From an uncultured Spirochaetota bacterium (GTDB lineage Bacteria; Spirochaetota; Spirochaetia; SZUA-6; Fen-1364): DNA of 64,000 nt. The notes beneath the pieces were generated by a model. It saw only the letters and a list, made by a program, of their open reading frames with translations, did no database searches and was not told the DNA's origin. The stretch spans positions 640,001 to 704,000 of the forward strand of contig CAWAHW010000004.1 of the NCBI GenBank assembly GCA_963781885.1, given 5' to 3'. Shown piece after piece: positions 35,732 to 45,202 of this stretch. The translations under genes were made by a program, and so were the position numbers. Positions within the stretch are counted from its first letter, which is position 1. Each line of letters starts with the position of its first letter.

Positions 35732-36073
35732 CGCGGTACCCCGCGCGTGGGGCGGCAGCGCGGTCGCTGCTGGCGACATTCTGGCCGCGCAGCGGACAGC
35801 GGGAGCCCGTCCCCCAGGGATGGCGAAGTCGGCCGAGCACAGGATGTGCGAAAGGCCGACCGTAGCCTTCCGCGCGTAGGGCGGCAGCGCGGTCGCTGCT
35901 GGCGACATTCTGGCCGCGCAGCGGACAGCGGGAGCCTGTCTCCATGGATGCATAGCGCGGTACCCCGCGCGGAGGGCGGCAAGCGCTTGCGGAGCAAGCG
36001 CTGAGAGCCGCGAGGCCGAGCACAGGATGTGCGAAAGGCCGACCGTAGCCTTCCGCGCGTAGGGCGGCAGCGC
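35729..36073. repeat. mosaic (BIME-like) palindromic repeat region, module order A-B-C-B-A-hairpin-C
   Basis: A TAGCGCGGTACCCCGCGCG (35729, 35953); B about 60 bp (35748, 35877); C about 60 bp containing GCACAGGATGTGC (35831, 36014). Confidence 0.9.
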
Positions 36074-36077
36074 CGGC

Positions 36078-36935
36078 TCACGGCGTAAGGAACGACACGA
36101 CCAGTTGTCTGACGATGTCTGGCTTGTCCGCCATTGGAACGTGACCCGCGCCGGCAATCATGTAAAACCGGACATCGGGCAGAAGTGACCGGAAGGTCTC
36201 CGACCAATGGGACGGAAGTATGGGGTCGTCGTCTCCCCAGAGCAGGAGCGTTCTCTGCCTGATGCGGGGCAGGACGCGGTCAATAGGATCCTGGCCAATC
36301 ATGTTTCTGGTAATCCTCGCCGTGGCGCGGGATTTCTCCTGATTCACGGTCTTCGGGGCATTCCTCAGGAATCCCGCGTCAATGCTGTCGCCAAGCTGGG
36401 CGAGGCCTGCCCAGGGTTCTTCTTCAACGGTCAGCCCAAAAGAGTCGATGAGAATCAGCCGATTGACGTAGCCCGACCACCGAAAGGCGAATTGCGTGGA
36501 TATCTTGCCGCCAAGGGAATGACCGATGAGATCGAAGCGGGAAAGCTTCTTGGCGATTGCAAAGGATCGCAGAAAGGCCACGAAGTAGGGCGTGTCGTAC
36601 GCCGCATTCGGCTTTGCCGAAAGCCCGAAGCCAGGCAGGTCTACTGCAATTGAATGATACTGCAGCGGCAGCGACAGCATGAGGGACCGGAAGTCGTTTG
36701 ACGTCGCCAGGTACCCGTGCACCATGAGGATCACCGGGTCCCCGGCCTTGCCCCTGCCCGCCTCCAGGTAATGGATGCGAAGGCCATTCACGGTGACCCA
36801 ACGGGTGAGCGGATCCACCGCTTCCGCGGCAAATGCGTGGGTGACGAAGAGGAGCATGACGCTCATGGCGGCAAGCAGCAGGCCCGAAGGGGCAAAGACA
36901 CGCTTCATGCTTCTTTTTTTCTGATAATTCTTCAT
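36078..36935 (-). CDS. exported alpha/beta hydrolase
   Basis: HGY, DLPGFGLS, GHSLGG, WGDDD, GAGHVP; signal peptide (start may be 36908). Confidence 0.9.
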   Translation of the reverse strand: MKNYQKKRSMKRVFAPSGLLLAAMSVMLLFVTHAFAAEAVDPLTRWVTVNGLRIHYLEAGRGKAGDPVILMVHGYLATSNDFRSLMLSLPLQYHSIAVDLPGFGLSAKPNAAYDTPYFVAFLRSFAIAKKLSRFDLIGHSLGGKISTQFAFRWSGYVNRLILIDSFGLTVEEEPWAGLAQLGDSIDAGFLRNAPKTVNQEKSRATARITRNMIGQDPIDRVLPRIRQRTLLLWGDDDPILPSHWSETFRSLLPDVRFYMIAGAGHVPMADKPDIVRQLVVSFLTP

Positions 36936-37052
36936 TCAAAAAGATAATCAATCATTCTCAAGTCGCCCAATCGACGTCTCCGCTCAACCAGTGGGCGATT
37001 ACTTCCGATAATATGTGCAGCAAGAGACCTTTTTCCCGAAAGCGAGGTGTTC

Positions 37053-37359
37053 CATGGACTTGAGCAAACAGATGAAGGAAGACGAGCGGGAAATCAAGAA
37101 CATCGTGAACGCGCTTGACTCAGCGAAGGGTCTCGGGCTCAAGGCTCACTGCGATCGCGTATTCGCTCGAAATCTTCTGTCGGGGAAACTTGCCCACATG
37201 CGTTCACTCGTGGATGTCGCGATGAGTGGACGGCACGGGCGTGCGAAGTCGATCCTCGAGTACAGGCTGTGCCTGCAATTCCCCTTCTATGCCCATATCG
37301 AGGCGATCTCCCTCCTGTCCGGCAATGAGGCTCCCGCGTATGGTCTCCTGGACGAATGA
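37053..37359 (+). CDS. hypothetical protein
   Basis: GAGG before MDLSKQ; no motif; lower-GC segment. Confidence 0.45.
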
Positions 37360-37392
37360 GAACCGATCACTATCCAGTGCCCGACGCAGCAT

Positions 37393-38190
37393 TCACTTGA
37401 AAAACATGATTGCACCGAAGGTGATGACCAGCAGGATGAAAAGGATGCCATAGACCTTTTCCAAGGTCTGCACATTGATCTTCGCCAGTATCCGGGGGCC
37501 GAGGAAACCGCCGATGACGGAACCGCCGCCCAGGAACAGCAGCAGGACCAGATTGAACTGGCCGACCACCAGATGACCGACAAAGCCGGAAACGGCGTTG
37601 AACAGCACCACCAGCACAGACGTCCCGACGACAACCGTCACGGGCAAACCCAGAATGTACAGCCCGGCCACGATGGATGCCGTCCCGCTGGTGCCAAAAA
37701 GACCCGCCATGATTCCCGACAGGGTCCCGAAAACCAGGCACAGGGCAATCCTTGAGCCGGTCAATGCCGGCGGCGTTTTCTTTTCATCGCCACGATTCTT
37801 GAGCCTGCTCCTGCTCGTGAGCACCATCGGAACGGTCAAGGCTATCGCATAGGCTCCGAAGAGTTTCTGCAACAGCGCTGACGAGACGCAATTCGATACG
37901 AAGGAGCCGCCGATTGCTCCCACGAGGCCTGAGACGCCGAAAATGAGACCCACGCGCAGGTCGATGTTGCCCTTCCGGTAATGCTCGATCGAACCCACAA
38001 TGACGGTAGGGATTGTCGCGGCCAGTGAGGTGGCAGCCGCCAGCTGCGTGGGCACGTGAAACAGCAGGGTCAGGATCGGAACGTAGAAAAAGCCGCCGCC
38101 GCCGCCGAATATGGTGACCAGAAGACCGATGACGATGCCGACGAGTGGCAGCCAAAGATAGCTGGGATCATACGTGAAGATCATGGTCAT
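37393..38190 (-). CDS. TSUP (TauE/SafE) family permease
   Basis: FGGGGGFFYVP, AAATSL, GLFGTSG, VGTS; about 8 TM. Confidence 0.9.
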   Translation of the reverse strand: MTMIFTYDPSYLWLPLVGIVIGLLVTIFGGGGGFFYVPILTLLFHVPTQLAAATSLAATIPTVIVGSIEHYRKGNIDLRVGLIFGVSGLVGAIGGSFVSNCVSSALLQKLFGAYAIALTVPMVLTSRSRLKNRGDEKKTPPALTGSRIALCLVFGTLSGIMAGLFGTSGTASIVAGLYILGLPVTVVVGTSVLVVLFNAVSGFVGHLVVGQFNLVLLLFLGGGSVIGGFLGPRILAKINVQTLEKVYGILFILLVITFGAIMFFK

Positions 38191-38680
38191 GGTGTTGACG
38201 CCTCCTGGTCTCCGTTCCCCGCCTTTTGCCGGTCGTTTCGGGCGGCCGTCCGCCCCGAATCCCTTCGACGACCGCGTCCAATCCGCGCTTGAAATGGGAC
38301 ATGTCCTTCGCGGGAATCCGCAGAAGCCATCCTCCGAGCAGCTCCTCCCAGCCAAGGAGCCTTTCAATGAGCTTCTCCCCCGCCGGTGAGAGTCGGACGA
38401 CGGCGCGACGGCGATCCGTGGGATCTTCGCTGCGGTCGACCAGACCCGCCCGCGCCAGCCTGTCGATCAAATGGCTTGCCGTGGGCTGGCCGATCCCAAG
38501 GTGCCGCGCGATCTGATTGACGGAGGACGTCTTCTCATGAGCGGTGATGAACAAGGTCCTCAATTGAGGCAGCGTGAGCTTCAGATCGAGCCAGGAGGGA
38601 GCTGAGGCGCGAAGAAGCTCGTGCAGCAGCTCTCGGACACGCTCGACAACGGCACGCGTGAGGGCGCTATCGGATGTCAT
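38168..38680 (-). CDS. MarR-family regulator
   Basis: LTLPQLRTL, TASHLIDRLARAGLVDRSEDPTDRR..VRLS. Confidence 0.92.
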   Translation of the reverse strand: MTSDSALTRAVVERVRELLHELLRASAPSWLDLKLTLPQLRTLFITAHEKTSSVNQIARHLGIGQPTASHLIDRLARAGLVDRSEDPTDRRRAVVRLSPAGEKLIERLLGWEELLGGWLLRIPAKDMSHFKRGLDAVVEGIRGGRPPETTGKRRGTETRRRQHHDHDLHV

Positions 38681-38703
38681 TCCATTGGCCTCTCCATATT
38701 AAT

Positions 38704-38757
38704 TACATCGATATCATCGATATAAATTATGTTATCGAATTATCCGGACATGGTCAA
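38704..38757 (-). promoter_or_regulatory. marR promoter and candidate operator ATCGAT-ATC-ATCGAT
   Basis: TTGACC-N17-TAACAT on the minus strand; inverted repeat at 38707-38721 at the predicted start site. Confidence 0.6.
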
Positions 38758-38920
38758 CAACAGGCAGGATGAAAAGCGCCACGGGGCGGCATGGGGAAGC
38801 AAATAAGGCGCTGGAAAGATGACGGCGGTACAGGGGGAGATCTCGGCGTCCCGCCGGGCGCACGCCGCGAGGCCAATCATCGGGAATTGGGTGCTTCTGA
38901 AGGGCTTTCTGTGGAAATTC

Positions 38921-38971
38921 TTGCCCGAATTCGGGCAAAATAATTGAAAAGCAGATAAAAATCGATATAAT
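38921..38971 (+). promoter_or_regulatory. perfect 18-bp palindrome plus sigma70 promoter of the orf-glmS operon
   Basis: TTGCCCGAATTCGGGCAA (38921-38938); TTGAAA-N16-TATAAT (38944-38971). Confidence 0.65.
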
Positions 38972-38980
38972 GAATCTTCG

Positions 38981-39241
38981 ATGAACCTGGATGAGTTCAG
39001 ACGCCACATCACTTCGAATTATGGGATCGCCGAAAGTGACTTTGAGCGTCTCCACGAGGAGTTTCTCTCCTACTTCGGCCGGACGTTGGAAGAGTACGTT
39101 CTCCAGCGCCATGCAGAGCTCCAGATGGCGGGAAAGAAAAATCCGGAAATCTACCGGCTCATCAAGGAGGAAGCCACGGCGCGCCGCTTCGGCGTGACCG
39201 GGCTTTCGGAACGAATGATACGACGCATCATCTACGGATAG
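38981..39241 (+). CDS. small glmS-associated hypothetical protein, HTH-like C-terminus
   Basis: 86 aa ending LSERMIRRIIYG; its stop overlaps the glmS RBS. Confidence 0.8.
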   Translation: MNLDEFRRHITSNYGIAESDFERLHEEFLSYFGRTLEEYVLQRHAELQMAGKKNPEIYRLIKEEATARRFGVTGLSERMIRRIIYG

Positions 39242-39250
39242 GAGAAACAC

Positions 39251-41088
39251 ATGTGCGGAATCGTCGGGTACGTGGGGTCGCGGAATGCCGTTCCCATCCT
39301 TATGGAGGGCCTGAAGCGGCTGGAATATCGCGGATACGATTCTGCCGGCATCGGCTGCGTGGTGCGGGGGAAGCTGAAGGTGGTGAAAAAGGAGGGGCAC
39401 CTGGCGAATCTCGAGGCGATCCTGCCGGAAGGGCTCTCCTCCACGACGGGCATCGGCCACACGCGGTGGGCGACGCACGGCGGCGTGAATGACGCGAACG
39501 CCCACCCCCAGACCGGAGCAGGCGGCAAGGTGGCAGTCGTCCACAACGGGATCATCGACAACTACGACGCCCTGAAGAAAAGGCTGATCGCGCAGGGCGT
39601 TTCATTCACGAGCGACACGGACACCGAAGTCATCGCGCAGCTTGCCGCGAAGTTCCTGGAGGCAGGCGATGACCCCGAGAGCGCCGTGCGGGAAACGCTG
39701 GGGCTCATCCATGGGACGTACGGCCTCGTCTTCCTGTTCGCGGATCACCCGGGGCTCATCATCGGTGCGCGCAATGGCAGCCCCCTGGTGCTGGGCGTCG
39801 GCGAAGGGGAGATGTTCGTGGCATCGGACGCCAACGCCATCGTGCGCCACACGCCAAAGGTGGTCTACCTGGACGACGGGGAGACGGTGGTGCTCACGCC
39901 GGAGGAGTTCAGCACGAAGGACCTGCGCGCCGCCGTTGTGGACAAGCGCGTGGAAACCATCGAGTGGGTGGCCGCCGACACCGACAAGAACGGCTACCAG
40001 GACTACATGCTGAAGGAGATCTTCGAGCAGCCGGAATCGGTGGCGCGCGCCTTCGGGGAGGGCGGCAGGCTCGTGCCGGAGTTCGGCACGACGAAGCTCG
40101 GGGGGCTGAACCTGGAACGCCGGGATTTCTTCGACATCCGCCGCGTGGTGATCATCGCCATGGGCACCGCCTACCACGCCGCGATGATCGGCGCGCATCT
40201 TCTGGAAACCATCGCCCGCATACCCGCGCGCGCCGAGATCGCCAGCGAGCTGCGCTGCCGCAATCCCATCGTCGAAAAGGAGACGCTGTACTTCGCCGTG
40301 AGCCAGTCGGGGGAGACGGCGGATACGCTCATGGCGCTGCGCGAGATACGCAGCAAGGGCGGCCGGGTGATGGGCATCATCAACGCCGTCGGCTCCACCA
40401 TGGCGCGGGAATCCGACGGCGGCGTGTACGTGCACGCGGGACCCGAGATGGCCGTGGCGAGCACGAAGGCATTCACGAGCCAGGTGATGAGCTTCGTCCT
40501 CATCGCGCTGCTCTTTGCGCGGATGCGCGACCTTTCCCTCGCAGAAGGGAAGGTCGCTCGTGGCGGAGATGGCGCAGATCCCCGGACCTCATGCGGCGCA
40601 TGCTCGCGCAGGCGGAGGAGGTGCGACGGGTCGCGCGCAAATACAGCGGCGCAAAGACATTCCTCTACCTCGGCCGCGGGCCGAGCTATCCCATCGCGCT
40701 GGAAGGGGCGCTGAAGCTGAAGGAGATCGCCTACGTCTTCTCGGAGGGCATGTCGGCGGGGGACGTGAAGCACGGGCCAATTGCCCTCGTGAGCGAGGAG
40801 ACACCCGTCGTCATGATCGCCGTCAAGGGCGACACGCTGGAGAGGACCATCGGCGGCATGGAGGAGATACGGGCGCGCAAGGGCAGGGTGATCGCCGTGA
40901 CCAATGTGGACGATCCCCGGATCACCCGCATCGCCGAGGATGTCATTCGTGTGCCGGAGACGCGGGAGGCACTCTCCCCGCTCCTCACCGTGATCCCCCT
41001 GCAGCTATTAGCGTACTACATCGCCGTGGAGCTCGAGCGGAACGTGGACAGGCCGCGCAATCTCGCCAAGAGCGTCACGGTGGAGTAG
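39251..41088 (+). CDS. glmS: glutamine--fructose-6-phosphate transaminase; indels near 40555-40590
   Basis: MCGIVGY, LEYRGYDSAG, GHTRWATHG, SQSGETAD, VASTKAF; EGALKLKE and PRNLAKSVTVE are in the second frame. Confidence 0.95.
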
Positions 41089-41164
41089 CCCCCGGCGGCA
41101 GGACGCCGCAAGCCCGCGCGATTCCGTTTGCCGGCAAAATCCCGCCGACGGTATCTTCCACACC

Positions 41165-42703
41165 ATGGCTGAAACGGCGCGAACCGGATCCGGCCCCTGG
41201 GTGCTCACGGCGACGATCCTCGCATCCAGCATGGCCTTCATCGATGGAACGGCCCTGAACGTGGCCTTGCCGGCGCTGCAGAGCTCCCTGCACGCGAGCG
41301 GGGAACAGCTCCTCTGGGTCGCGAATGCCTACCTGCTCATGCTCGCCGCACTGATCCCGATCGGCGGATCCCTCGGTGACGTGCTGGGCCGCAAGAAGAT
41401 CTTCGCCGTTGGCATCGTCCTTTTCATGCTCGCCTCCCTGGTCTGCGGCGTGGCACCGACCATCGGCTTCCTCATTGGCGCACGGCTCGTGCAAGGCGTG
41501 GGAAGCTCGCTCATGATACCGGGAAGCCTCGCCATCATCACCGCGTATTTCGGTCGTGAGAGCCGGGGAAGGGCGATCGGCACGTGGTCCGCCTTCACGA
41601 CCATCGTCACCATTGCCGGGCCGATTCTCGGGGGAGTCCTCTCGAACGCCGGATTCTGGCGCGGTGTCTTTCTCATCAACTTCCCGCTCGGCGTCCTGGC
41701 GTTGCTGGTCCTCTTCCTGAAGGTGCCCGAGAGCAGGGACGAAAAATCATCCGGGCGCATCGACTACTGGGGAGCGGCGCTGCTCGCCCTTGGGCTCGCG
41801 GGCCCCACCTACGGTCTGCTCTCCGCGCCCGATCTCGGGTTCGGCGATCCGCGCGTCTTCGGGACTCTGGCCGCGGGCGTGGCGGCGCTTGCCGCGTTCG
41901 TGGTGGTGGAGGCGCGGAGCAGACACCCGATGATACCCCTCGGGCTTTTCTCCTCCCGCACATTCAGCGGCGTGAATCTCCTGACATTCGGGTTGTACGG
42001 CGCCCTGAGCGTGGGCACCTTCTTCCTTTCGCTCAACATGGTGCAGGCGCAGAGCTACAACATGGCCGTTGCCGGATTCGCCTTCACGCCCTTCGCCCTC
42101 ATCCTCACCGCCCTGTCGCGCTGGGCAGGCGGCCTTGTCGACAGGGGCGGTCCCCGGTTGCCCCTCATGGTCGGGCCGGCCATCGCGGGTGGGGCATTCC
42201 TTTTCATGGCCTTCAGCGGTCTCTCCGACGGGCCGTCGCATTACTGGACGACATTCTTCCCCGGCATTGTGCTCCTTGGCATCGGCATGGGCATCACGGT
42301 GGCGCCGCTCACCACCTCGGTCATGAGCTCGGTGGCATCGCATTTCGCCGGCACGGCGTCGGGGATCAACAACGCGGTCTCCCGGACGGCGGGCGTCCTT
42401 GCCATCGCGGTGGTCGGCGCGGTGGCCCTCATCGTGTTTTCACACGCCATGCAGACGCGCACCGCGTCGATCCAGATAAGCGGCGAGGCGCGCGCGGCCC
42501 TGTCCGCGGAGGCCACGCGGCTGGGTGCAGCGGCCGTTCCCTCGCAGGTGGCCGCGGATCAGATCGGCGCGGTACAGACCGCCATCCGCCTTGCATTTGT
42601 GGATGCATTCCACGTCGTCATGCTGATCTGCACGGCGCTCGCCTGGATAGGCGCCGCACTTGCAGGAGTGTTTGTGGAAAAGAAGCTCGCGGCGGCAGGC
42701 TGA
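41165..42703 (+). CDS. MFS transporter, DHA2 (14-TM) family
   Basis: SSMAFIDGTALNVALP, GSLGDVLGRKK, GPILGG, ASGINNAVSR. Confidence 0.92.
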   Translation: MAETARTGSGPWVLTATILASSMAFIDGTALNVALPALQSSLHASGEQLLWVANAYLLMLAALIPIGGSLGDVLGRKKIFAVGIVLFMLASLVCGVAPTIGFLIGARLVQGVGSSLMIPGSLAIITAYFGRESRGRAIGTWSAFTTIVTIAGPILGGVLSNAGFWRGVFLINFPLGVLALLVLFLKVPESRDEKSSGRIDYWGAALLALGLAGPTYGLLSAPDLGFGDPRVFGTLAAGVAALAAFVVVEARSRHPMIPLGLFSSRTFSGVNLLTFGLYGALSVGTFFLSLNMVQAQSYNMAVAGFAFTPFALILTALSRWAGGLVDRGGPRLPLMVGPAIAGGAFLFMAFSGLSDGPSHYWTTFFPGIVLLGIGMGITVAPLTTSVMSSVASHFAGTASGINNAVSRTAGVLAIAVVGAVALIVFSHAMQTRTASIQISGEARAALSAEATRLGAAAVPSQVAADQIGAVQTAIRLAFVDAFHVVMLICTALAWIGAALAGVFVEKKLAAAG

Positions 42704-42733
42704 AGGCCGCAGCCCTGCGCTACCGGGCTGAGA

Positions 42734-42994
42734 TCAGCCGAAATTGCCCCAGAGCATGAGCAGCTTCGAGATCTGATCCGTGTCCACGACGTGCCGGGTC
42801 TTCTTCGTGATGATGCCAAGCTCGCTCTCTTTGAGACGGGAGGTCTGCGGCGGTCTGCCCGCCATGTAGCGCGTGTAGGTGATCCAGGAAAGCCCGGCGC
42901 CGTCCTTGTCGACCTTGTCGATGTAGAAAAGCACGGCGGGCTCCCCGTTCACCTCGTGCAGCCACCACTGGTTGTTCTGGAGTTGAGCGGGCAC
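42734..42994 (-). CDS. small hypothetical protein (PAQLQNNQWWLHEV...)
   Basis: Coding-like codon usage; TACACT -10 box 6 nt before GTG. Confidence 0.65.
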   Translation of the reverse strand: MPAQLQNNQWWLHEVNGEPAVLFYIDKVDKDGAGLSWITYTRYMAGRPPQTSRLKESELGIITKKTRHVVDTDQISKLLMLWGNFG

Positions 42995-43109
42995 AATGAT
43001 AGTGTAGCCGGCGGAGGCAGGGTTTTCCAATGACCGCTTCCGGCACGGGCGGCGTGTCACGCGGCGGTCGGCGTCGCTCCGTGGGCGCGCGGACGACTCG
43101 CTCGCGCCG

Positions 43110-45110
43110 CTACCAGGCAACCTCCGCAAACATGCCCGGGTGATCCGACGGACCCTCGGGGACGTAGCGGGCGTGAAGGACGCGCGCGGCGCGCGTGACG
43201 AATATATGGTCGATGCTGGCGGCCGGATCCGACGCACCGGGTTCCACCGTCCGCTCCTGCGCCGTGACCCACGCGTCGTCCAGGACGGCCGCGGTCTGCC
43301 GGTACTGCTCGGTCGTCGGATCAAAATTGAAGTCGCCCAACGAAATGGCGAGCGGCACGCCGGCGGCCCCCCGCGTGGCAGCGTCGATCACGAGCCGCTG
43401 CTGGGGCAGGGCGCCGTCGTTGTCGAGATGCGTGACAAGGACGCGCAGGAGCCTTCCCCCCGCGTCGACGTCAGCCTCGATGCAGGCGGTCTGCTCGCCG
43501 CGGGACGGCATGAAAAAGGTGCGGGCGTTGCGAATGGGGTGCCGTGAGAGAAGCGCCACCCCGAAGGTGCCGCTTTCGGGCAAAGGACCGTAGTAGGAGT
43601 ACATGCCAAGCCCGTCGGCGAAGAAGCGGACGACGTCCGCGTTGCCCCCCGCAATCCGGGCCGTATCCGACTCCTCCAGGCCGACGATGTCGGGATCGAG
43701 GCGACGGATCACCTCGCGCTGGGCCAGGAAGCTCTCCTGGCCGGTCGCACTGTAGCCCTGCTGGATATTGTACGTGAGGATGCGCAGGCTGCTCTTCAGG
43801 GGCGCCGGTGTCGGCCGCGCGGAAGAAAGCCCCGCAAGGAGGACAGACGCACCGGCAACGACGAGCGCTGCGATGAGCCATCCCGGCCGGCCATCGGACG
43901 CGACGCCCGCAGCGGTCGGCCGCGCGACCAGGAGCAGCGCGAGCGCCGCGAGCACGGCGGGGATGATCGTGACGAGCCAGAACTGGTTGCGGAAAAGGGG
44001 ACCGACGACGGGAATGTAGTCGTAGACCGTGGTGAATATCTGTGCGAAAGACAGGAGGAGCAGGAGCACGGCGCCAAGACCGAAGCCCGTGGCGATCTTC
44101 CGCGGCGAGGGCCGGCCGGAAAACAGAGCGTCCGCCATGAGCGCGAAGTCGGCATAGAGCACCGGGTGGAGCACGAGCATCGCCCAGAACGCAATCCGAG
44201 CCGCGGCGTCCGGCGCGGCGGCATAGAGCGGATACAGGGTCGTCGCGGTGAAATGCGGCTGGCGGAGCAGCAACGCAAGGGCCAGTGAGACGATAAAGAG
44301 AAGGTTCACGCAGAGGAGCACGACGGGCGAAAGGACGCGGCGGAACCCCGGCACGCCGAGCCAGGACCCGAGGAAAAGCGCAAGGGCGCCCGCCTGCACG
44401 GCGACCACCGCCGTGTCGCTCACCTCGCCCCATCGGGCGATCACGGTCGGGCTCGTGAATCCGAAGTACAGCATGATGAGGACGGCACAAAGGCCGACGC
44501 TGAGGCCAAATGTTTTCGCGCCGCCCATACGCGCTGCGCCCGGGTCGGCCTGGGGGACTTCGGGACGCAATTCGCCCGACGTCCCCGCGAAGAGCCGGCC
44601 CAGGAAAAGAACCAGACAGATGCCGGCAAGCGCCGCGGCCAGGATGATGGACCAGCCTTCGACGAAGAGCAGGCTTCCCGCTTGCAGGCTGCGCAGAAGG
44701 ATCGACAGGAGCACCCCGAATCCCAGCGCCGCGCCCTTCAGCGGCGGCTCGTCCGCCGACTGCCGCACGTGGCAGACAAGGAAAATGAGGGCTGCGCCGC
44801 ACCCCACCCCCGCGGCGAGCATGCGCCACCGGGTGGCAAGCGGCAGGCTGACTGCCCACGCCACAAGGGCAAGCGCGGCTGCCGCCGTGGCGAAGACCCG
44901 ACTGTCCATGCCTCGCGGAAAGAGCAGGAGGAGGAAGGGGGAAAGCAGGAAAAGGATGTAGATGATTTCCGGTGGTATATCAGTGCCCAGGAGTCCGAAC
45001 GTGTAGGTGGCTTCGATGAACCCGGTGATCAGGCTGAAGAAAACCATGAAGAACAAGGCGTCACGGATGCAGCTTACGACCGGAGCGTCCATTACCTTTC
45101 TCATTGCCAT
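43110..45110 (-). CDS. polytopic membrane protein with C-terminal EEP domain, Cwh43/PGAP2IP-like
   Basis: About 13 TM, then LTYNIQQG, DIVGLEESD, VTHL, LGDFN, IDHIF, SDH. Start may be 45104. Confidence 0.88.
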   Translation of the reverse strand: MAMRKVMDAPVVSCIRDALFFMVFFSLITGFIEATYTFGLLGTDIPPEIIYILFLLSPFLLLLFPRGMDSRVFATAAAALALVAWAVSLPLATRWRMLAAGVGCGAALIFLVCHVRQSADEPPLKGAALGFGVLLSILLRSLQAGSLLFVEGWSIILAAALAGICLVLFLGRLFAGTSGELRPEVPQADPGAARMGGAKTFGLSVGLCAVLIMLYFGFTSPTVIARWGEVSDTAVVAVQAGALALFLGSWLGVPGFRRVLSPVVLLCVNLLFIVSLALALLLRQPHFTATTLYPLYAAAPDAAARIAFWAMLVLHPVLYADFALMADALFSGRPSPRKIATGFGLGAVLLLLLSFAQIFTTVYDYIPVVGPLFRNQFWLVTIIPAVLAALALLLVARPTAAGVASDGRPGWLIAALVVAGASVLLAGLSSARPTPAPLKSSLRILTYNIQQGYSATGQESFLAQREVIRRLDPDIVGLEESDTARIAGGNADVVRFFADGLGMYSYYGPLPESGTFGVALLSRHPIRNARTFFMPSRGEQTACIEADVDAGGRLLRVLVTHLDNDGALPQQRLVIDAATRGAAGVPLAISLGDFNFDPTTEQYRQTAAVLDDAWVTAQERTVEPGASDPAASIDHIFVTRAARVLHARYVPEGPSDHPGMFAEVAW

Positions 45111-45116
45111 TCCTCC

Positions 45117-45138
45117 GAATGAGGCATCCTAATGCCTC
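45117..45138 (+). repeat. single GAAT-hairpin unit GAAT-GAGGCAT-CCTA-ATGCCTC
   Basis: Same 4+7+4+7 geometry as the arrays at 3849, 7494 and 9000. Confidence 0.6.
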
Positions 45139-45202
45139 TGGCGCGCTCTGGCAACGCTCCCTCGCCCTTGACGGCGCGTGAGGGCAGGCTTACGGTGTGC
45201 GC

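Noticed and set aside
34712-36207. ORFs spanning the mosaic repeat with repeated peptides
   Set aside because: The peptide repeats merely translate the DNA repeat and overlap real genes.
38770-38900. glmS ribozyme (AGCGCC at about 38775)
   Set aside because: Lacks the following conserved core (GACGAGG etc.) and lies upstream of the predicted promoter.
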